A stretch of 64,000 nucleotides of DNA from Eledone cirrhosa. Lineage: Eukaryota. The stretch spans positions 48,484,001 through 48,548,000 of the forward strand of contig OZ024749.1 in NCBI GenBank assembly GCA_964016885.1, written 5' to 3'. Both the position numbers and the translations under genes were made by a program. A model generated the notes under the pieces. That model worked only from the letters and a program-made list of their open reading frames with translations. It was not told the DNA's origin and made no database searches. Below, one piece after another: positions 57,023 to 64,000 of the stretch (position 1 is the first letter of the stretch; the number at the start of each line of letters is the position of its first letter).

Positions 57023-58853
57023 AGCACAAATGTTTGTTTGTGATTTTGTCTGGATACAAATTCATGTGCTTTTATATGAGTATTTTAATGTATGTCTCTG
57101 TGTGTCTAGTTTTGAATATGTTTGGTATATTTTTAAGTTGTTGTTGCTTTGCATCAGCGCATACTAGATCGAACAAAGTTAATATTAAATAGATGACAAG
57201 CATCAGTCGACTGTCTGTTTTCATTTTCTATGAAAGGGGAACTCTGGGATGCAACAAAGCTATGAAGTCAGTGAGAATTGGAATATATTTGGCTGTTGGT
57301 TATTGCAAGAGATAAGACCAGGTAGATGGTCGCTGGTTATGATATATATAATATTGTTCAGAATGCAATTTTTTATTGTTGATCTAGTTGATTTTTGTTG
57401 TTTTTCTTGTTGTTGATAACCCCGGCTTTAGCCTTATCAAATATACTTCAACTACGTAGAGCCAATTAGGAAAATACGGACCAGGATAACCCATGCGATG
57501 TTAACTTTTTCAAACACTTTACGATTGTAACTTGAGGTAGTTTTAACCGCTAACCTAACAGCGTAGTAGACTGCTAAGTGTCTCGTTCGAATCATACATT
57601 TTGAAAAGATATTTCGAGAGGTTAGGATAGGCAAAATATACAGTAAGACTTTTAACTGATATGTATTTAGCTTTCCTCTTACGTGACTGACGAATATCTA
57701 AGACCGACACTAATACTCGAAAAATACTTGGAAATTACCATGCTATTCTAAATTAATACATGAGCCACTTAAGTAGTGTACATCCTTCCCAACCTCGACC
57801 CATTGGGACATCCAATAGTGGGTGACATTTCAGGAGAAACGAGGTTTGCACCACGAGATCTAGGCATGTATGTTATCGATCAGGAATGTATGGAAGGCAA
57901 AATACCACGACGGGATTTTAAACACAGAGCAGGCAGTCAGAGCAGAGGCCGCATGCATTATAGTCAAAGCACAAACGACTCTACTATTTGACCACTGATA
58001 TGCATATTCCCTTCACTATTAATCAGTATATTGTTTTATATATTTGAAGTTCTATGTCATTCCCACATACTTACCATATCCCTAGTCTCCCAGTCTTTTT
58101 CCTTAAACCTAGTCACTCCTTCTCTATTTCATCGAAGATTCTGGACCCCTCTCTTTTCATTAATCTAATTTCCCTCACGTTCTTTGCATGAGTATATCCC
58201 AATCTCAACTCTTCTTCCCTCTTCCTCTCATACACGCAAACACAAATGCCCACAAGCACACACATGTACACCCACACACATAGCATACAAACTAGTTTCA
58301 CGAGCCGGGAAAAGAGGATCGGCTAGATTTCTTGATCTGCCAAAACTAAAAGCCAGATTTTCCATATAGTACACCATTCTAACTACAGAAAAAACTCACA
58401 CAATATTAGATAATGCAGTTTGGCTACACTAATCCTGGTAAGAACATGAGATGGTCGTGAATGGAATGACTTTTAGCATCACTCTGCCCACTTAAGTCAA
58501 ACATAGTGTTATTCAGCAGTAAAATATAGATCTCAGATATTTCGGTAAAGTATTATCAGAATTTCATACGCAATGAATAAATATTGAATTGATATAAAGA
58601 TAGACTAAGTATTTGTATTATTGTATTGATCTAAGAAGAATTGGGATATAAACTTAATCGAAGCCCACCCAGAAAGAGAACCTAGTATGTAGAGGGAACA
58701 ACCGAAAATACATTCATGCACAAACAAGTATCTTCCTCTGAAAAAAAAAGGCAAAATAGTTTGCAATATGTTGATAGGTACTATATTTGTAACTGGGCCG
58801 TGTATAGATAATGTAACATTTAACTAGAGCTCTTCAACACTCGATGCTTTTTC

Positions 58854-59029
<176 letters not shown>

Positions 59030-59348
59030 GAGAGATATAGAAAAGAGTGAGGGGGACATAGAGATGAGTAGAGATAAAGAGCGAGTGTCATCGGAAGAAA
59101 ATGCGAGACAATGAGAAATTGAGAAATGTTTGATACAAGTCTCAGTTATATTCTATATTCATAATGACATCTGTGGTGTGACTGAAGTTATTTCAGATGT
59201 TAAGAATGGAAACCAGTTTGTTAGCTATGTTTGTGTTGATGCACTGAACCTCATGACGTTCTTTACATACAGTAGGTATTGACTGCAAATCGCCTAGCAT
59301 TCTGGCCTTGTCGCGGTCTGTGATTACAGCTCACTCAAGTCAGCATAG

Positions 59349-59422
<74 letters not shown>

Positions 59423-60783
59423 AACACACACACGTTCATCACCATTCTCTATTTCCCCAAATATGTATCTATATATCTTATCTCTTCTGCTAACACACGC
59501 AACTACGTTCATGGACATAGACAAATAAAAGAAACCCAATTATATCCCAATATATATATTTGTGTGTGTGTGTGTGTGTTTTGTGGTTGTCCATGTGTAT
59601 GTATGTATCTATATGTATCTATATATTCGTGGGTGTAAAAAAACTCGCTCTTGCAGCACAGATTGTACGTTTGAATTCATACATATATTTATACTTAAAT
59701 ATGTGTGCATGTGTGTACGTAAATATGTGTGTATGAACATGAACATGTATGTGTAAGTATACATGCATGGGATGTGATATAATCGCGTTCTTTCAAACAT
59801 GCAGTAAGGCACAGGCAAAATTGAATTGATATATAGTTCCACAAACATACCCACCGACTAAGCCTCACACTTATATTGTTAGAACGAATCACGATCTCAT
59901 ACACAGACACACATCACATTACATATAGCGACATACATATATTCATACACAGTCATTTGCACACCCTTCAGAGACATACATAAAAACACATGCAATCTGT
60001 GAACTCTCATACACAAGTGCATCGTTGCTTACATCCATTCCTACTAAACAAATACGTCGGAAATCGAACCTCTATGCGATAGCTTAACCTGTTGAAACTA
60101 GAATATACGCTTTACTTCTATTGGAGGATGTCGACAATAGAAAGAAAGAATACAGGAGAATTTTAGCCTGAAACGTGCTACCTTTGAATGTACAAAACCA
60201 GTTAGAATGCTTTAAATCATGGGGTAGCTCGATGAGAAGAAGCCTAAGGCTAAACTTTAACAGAGCGGCAACATATATCTCTACAACACCATACATAATA
60301 AACATATACTCCTAATTTTAAACAGATATACATAAGCATGTATGTAATTTTGTATGTGTGTATATATATGAAAATATGAATGTATATATGTGGTTAGCTG
60401 TCCACATAGACATAAGAACACGCTTCTGATATTCACACCAAAACCTTTTCAACTTTACCATATTCATTTTTAATTACACACACATCTAACACTTGCATGC
60501 ACAAATACACGCACATACATACACAAACACACACACACGTGTGCAGCCTTACAGAGATACAGCCATATCTACATACAAACGAATACAAGAATGTCATATA
60601 CACAGAGACGCAGGTATGTAAACAGGCATACTATACATACATACACATACATTAAAATCGTCTGCTACTCAGCGACAAATGTGTACGCAGAGAGACAGAG
60701 CCCCCCTCTCTGCATATATACATATATATATATATATATCTGTATTATATATATATATATTTATATATATATATATAGATATA

Positions 60784-60864
<81 letters not shown>

Positions 60865-61071
60865 CATATATATAGAGACAGAGAGAGATAACAATGCTAA
60901 TATTTATAGCATTTCCTTTACATACCATTATACAGCTACCCCACTACGATCATCTACAGGAGTACATGTTTATACAAATCCACATAGATTCGTACAGCAC
61001 ACGCGCACATAGACATATTTTTATACACAACAGGAAGCTACTAACTTATATACGAGGCAAAAGTCACACAT

Positions 61072-61126
<55 letters not shown>

Positions 61127-61850
61127 ATTAGGTTCAGTAGATTTGTGGTTTCTTGAGCAAGGTACCAAAATCAGTATTTTATTCTAAGGTGGAGAGTGAG
61201 TATATACATATATATATATATATATTATACACACAGATACACAAGCCTAGTGTGAGATATAGTAAATTATTAAACATACGTTGTGTGTTGTATTGTAGCC
61301 AGCCACAACTGGACATTCTTACTAAAGTGCGATATTAAGAGATTCTTTTTCACACCCACTGTTACAAAACTTCGATATGCGTCTGTGTTGTGCGTGTGCT
61401 TTCTATGTGGGAGGGTGTGTAGCTACTATGTATATTTATATGTGTAGGTATGTAGGTATATATTTTGGTATGAATGTACGTGTGAATTATTTTGTCTTCG
61501 GTAACACACACACACAGTCATATATATATATATATACATATATAAGCAGTCAGTCATATATGTATAGTTCTCTATAAAATAAGGGATGTATTTTATATCA
61601 TGTATATAGAGAAATGATGCACACAGTTATATATATGTACGTGTGTATTTTTTTGTATGTGCATATGAATATGAATTGACACATTTTATATAATTGCCTA
61701 TCTAGTGGGATGTATATATTGATAGTTGCATACGTGTGCATAGATAAACGAGTACATTTATACACATTATACAAACATCCTGAAAAAAATACATATACAA
61801 TAAATACTACACGACTCTTATGCACATACATACAAATATATAGATATATA

Positions 61851-61912
<62 letters not shown>

Positions 61913-62498
61913 TTTACATTTTCCCCAGAATAGGTGTCTACGTCTAGTCTGTACTGCTTTATGTTTTTTTTTTCTTCTTTATTTTTCATAGCCAGACAAC
62001 AAAAATACCAACGTATATGTGTGTACAGACACATACACAAACACACACACACACACATATATACATTATACATATATATTTATATACATAGAGGGAGATA
62101 GAGAGAGTGAAATGTGGTGGCTTTCTGTCAGTTTCCACGATGTCCATTCCTTTCCATCAATCAATTGAACAAACTACTCAATGAATTCGATGTTAAATGG
62201 CTATGTATTCACAAAATACGTAAACGTTTAGCGTAAACCTAGGGCAGATTATGTGTAATATAGTGTTTGGTGAGACTTGCCTTTTAAATACAGATACAGA
62301 CCAACTCTCTTGCCTGCACTCATTAGAGGAAGTCACGACCAAGCGGCTATTAGCGACTCCTCGCTTCGATGCCGTCCCGGGTTCGATACAAATACCTTGA
62401 ATCTCGGGCAATTTTGACTGACTACAATTTCGATTTCTCTCATTCTCCGAACTCTTGTTAGGCGAATTACATATGCCATATGTATATATATATATATA

Positions 62499-62567
<69 letters not shown>

Positions 62568-62597
62568 GCACACACAGACACATACATACACACACAT

Positions 62598-62641
<44 letters not shown>

Positions 62642-62760
62642 TATGCATATAGACACCTGAAACATTTTCTCTTTTATTAACCACTCTCTCTTTTCTTTAT
62701 AGCAACACACACACACACATACATACATGTATATATATATATACATACACATATATATAT

Positions 62761-62818
<58 letters not shown>

Positions 62819-62864
62819 ATATATAACAACACAGAGAGTAACATTTTTTTTTTTTTTACTTTTG

Positions 62865-62873
62865 ACTTACCTC
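62865..62873 (-). promoter_or_regulatory. 5' splice donor of the neuroligin-like exon
   Basis: Plus strand acttac|ctc = minus strand GAG|GTAAGT, a consensus donor exactly where homology ends and low complexity begins. Confidence 0.9.
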
Positions 62874-63321
62874 GTCTGGGAACATAGAGATTTAGGCTTA
62901 AACAATCTTCTAGTTGTTTGGAAAGTAAAGGTGCTATCCTTTTGTAGTGCTCATAACGGCTCTCAGGTATTTTTCCTTTTAATTCGTTGAGATCGGGAAC
63001 ATTCTGTGGGCACACGGGACTCATCTCAAGAACCACTCTGGTACCGGTCCATTTCTCCATTGGACTGGTGGGAGGCATGAAACGAAGGTTGCCTCTAAGT
63101 AAAGAGGCGTAGGGCAATCCTAGATACGCATCGACTGGTTTGAGATGACGGTTAGGGAATTCCACCATCACACCTCTGACCGTTCCGTAACGCGTGGTCA
63201 CCACCCTGTCACTTAAAGTACGCGTGAAAACCACACACTCGCCGATGTTTAAAACCAGAACCACAAGGAGAATAGAGACACATGCTGATCCGATAAAGGG
63301 CGATGTTACAGTTCCACCCAT
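62871..63321 (-). CDS. NLGN: Neuroligin-like (cholinesterase-like family) first coding exon: signal peptide and N-terminal part of the esterase-like ectodomain; phase-1 intron follows
   Basis: ATG at 63321, with an in-frame TGA upstream (63406-63408). Translates as [32 protein letters not shown] (signal-like), then [12 protein letters not shown]...YLGLPYA...LRFMPP...SPVCPQ...[13 protein letters not shown]. Ends at a strong donor CGAG|GTAAGT (62871/62870); 451 nt = 150 codons + 1. Family is confident; neuroligin versus another carboxylesterase cannot be proven without later exons. Confidence 0.88.
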
Positions 63322-63556
63322 TTCTTTTTCGGGTGAAATAGCAAGAGAATTTTTCCTATTGATTGCATGACACTTTGAAGTTGGATTACGTCTTTGCAAA
63401 GGACATCACTTAGGTTTGGCTTGTATAACGAAACAACCGCCACGATCTCGGAGAGAATTTTTCAATTTACACTGCTTCTCCTCTCTCTATCTCTCTCGCG
63501 CGCTCGCTCTATATCTCTCTCACTTATTTTTTTTTTAATTTCCTTATATATATATG

Positions 63557-63589
<33 letters not shown>

Positions 63590-63896
63590 TTAGTTTTGTT
63601 TGGTGATTACTTAAACTTTTTTTTTTTTGTCAAGGGCCTTTTTGTTTCTTGGTTTTTTGTTTGTTCGCCATTCTTTAATCATTCTTGAATCTTTTTTTTT
63701 TCCTTTTCTCTTTCTTTTTTGTTAAATAAATAAATAAATATAAATGGCAGCGCGGCAGTTAAAAATTTTACAAATATATTCTGTCTGAATGTCTGACCGT
63801 CTGTTTATCTGTCTGTTTGTCTGGATATTTAGTGAATGTGTATATGCGTATAGCTATGTGTGTGGAAGTATGAATGTTTATGCGTGAATACATACA

Positions 63897-63951
<55 letters not shown>

Positions 63952-64000
63952 CTTTATATACATACGTGTGTGTCAAATTGTGGGTGTATAATGATGAGGT

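Noticed and set aside
62677-62870. C-terminal tail of the 240-aa ORF
   Set aside because: It is read-through past the GTAAGT donor into intronic repeats.
63322-63399. N-terminal extension of the 240-aa ORF
   Set aside because: It starts at TTG; the first ATG (63321) directly precedes the signal peptide.

Overview
AT-rich, microsatellite-dense animal genomic DNA; the SINE type, (TA)n/(CA)n density and gene suggest a cephalopod, probably Octopus (inference). The only host coding sequence I can support is the first coding exon of a neuroligin-like gene on the minus strand (ATG 63321, donor after 62871). I found no further exon, so 1-62870 is probably one very large intron or contains exons I cannot see. 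It holds about ten tRNA-derived SINEs, an RTE-type LINE 3' fragment, a Tx1/L1-type LINE 3' fragment abutting (GATA)n, and a decayed Penelope-like element (PLE) with a GIY-YIG endonuclease and inverted terminal repeats. The most notable signal is a set of at least four sequence-distinct families of short, mostly (TA)n-flanked fold-back elements. Each carries a type I hammerhead ribozyme core or a remnant of one (CUGANGA...GAAAC...NUH). One looks intact (1370-1418) and one has a 79-nt stem II (8302-8411). Three of the four families share a non-canonical U10.1/U11.1 pair. Almost all ORFs in the supplied track are microsatellite artefacts. All structures were read by eye, without folding or database searches.
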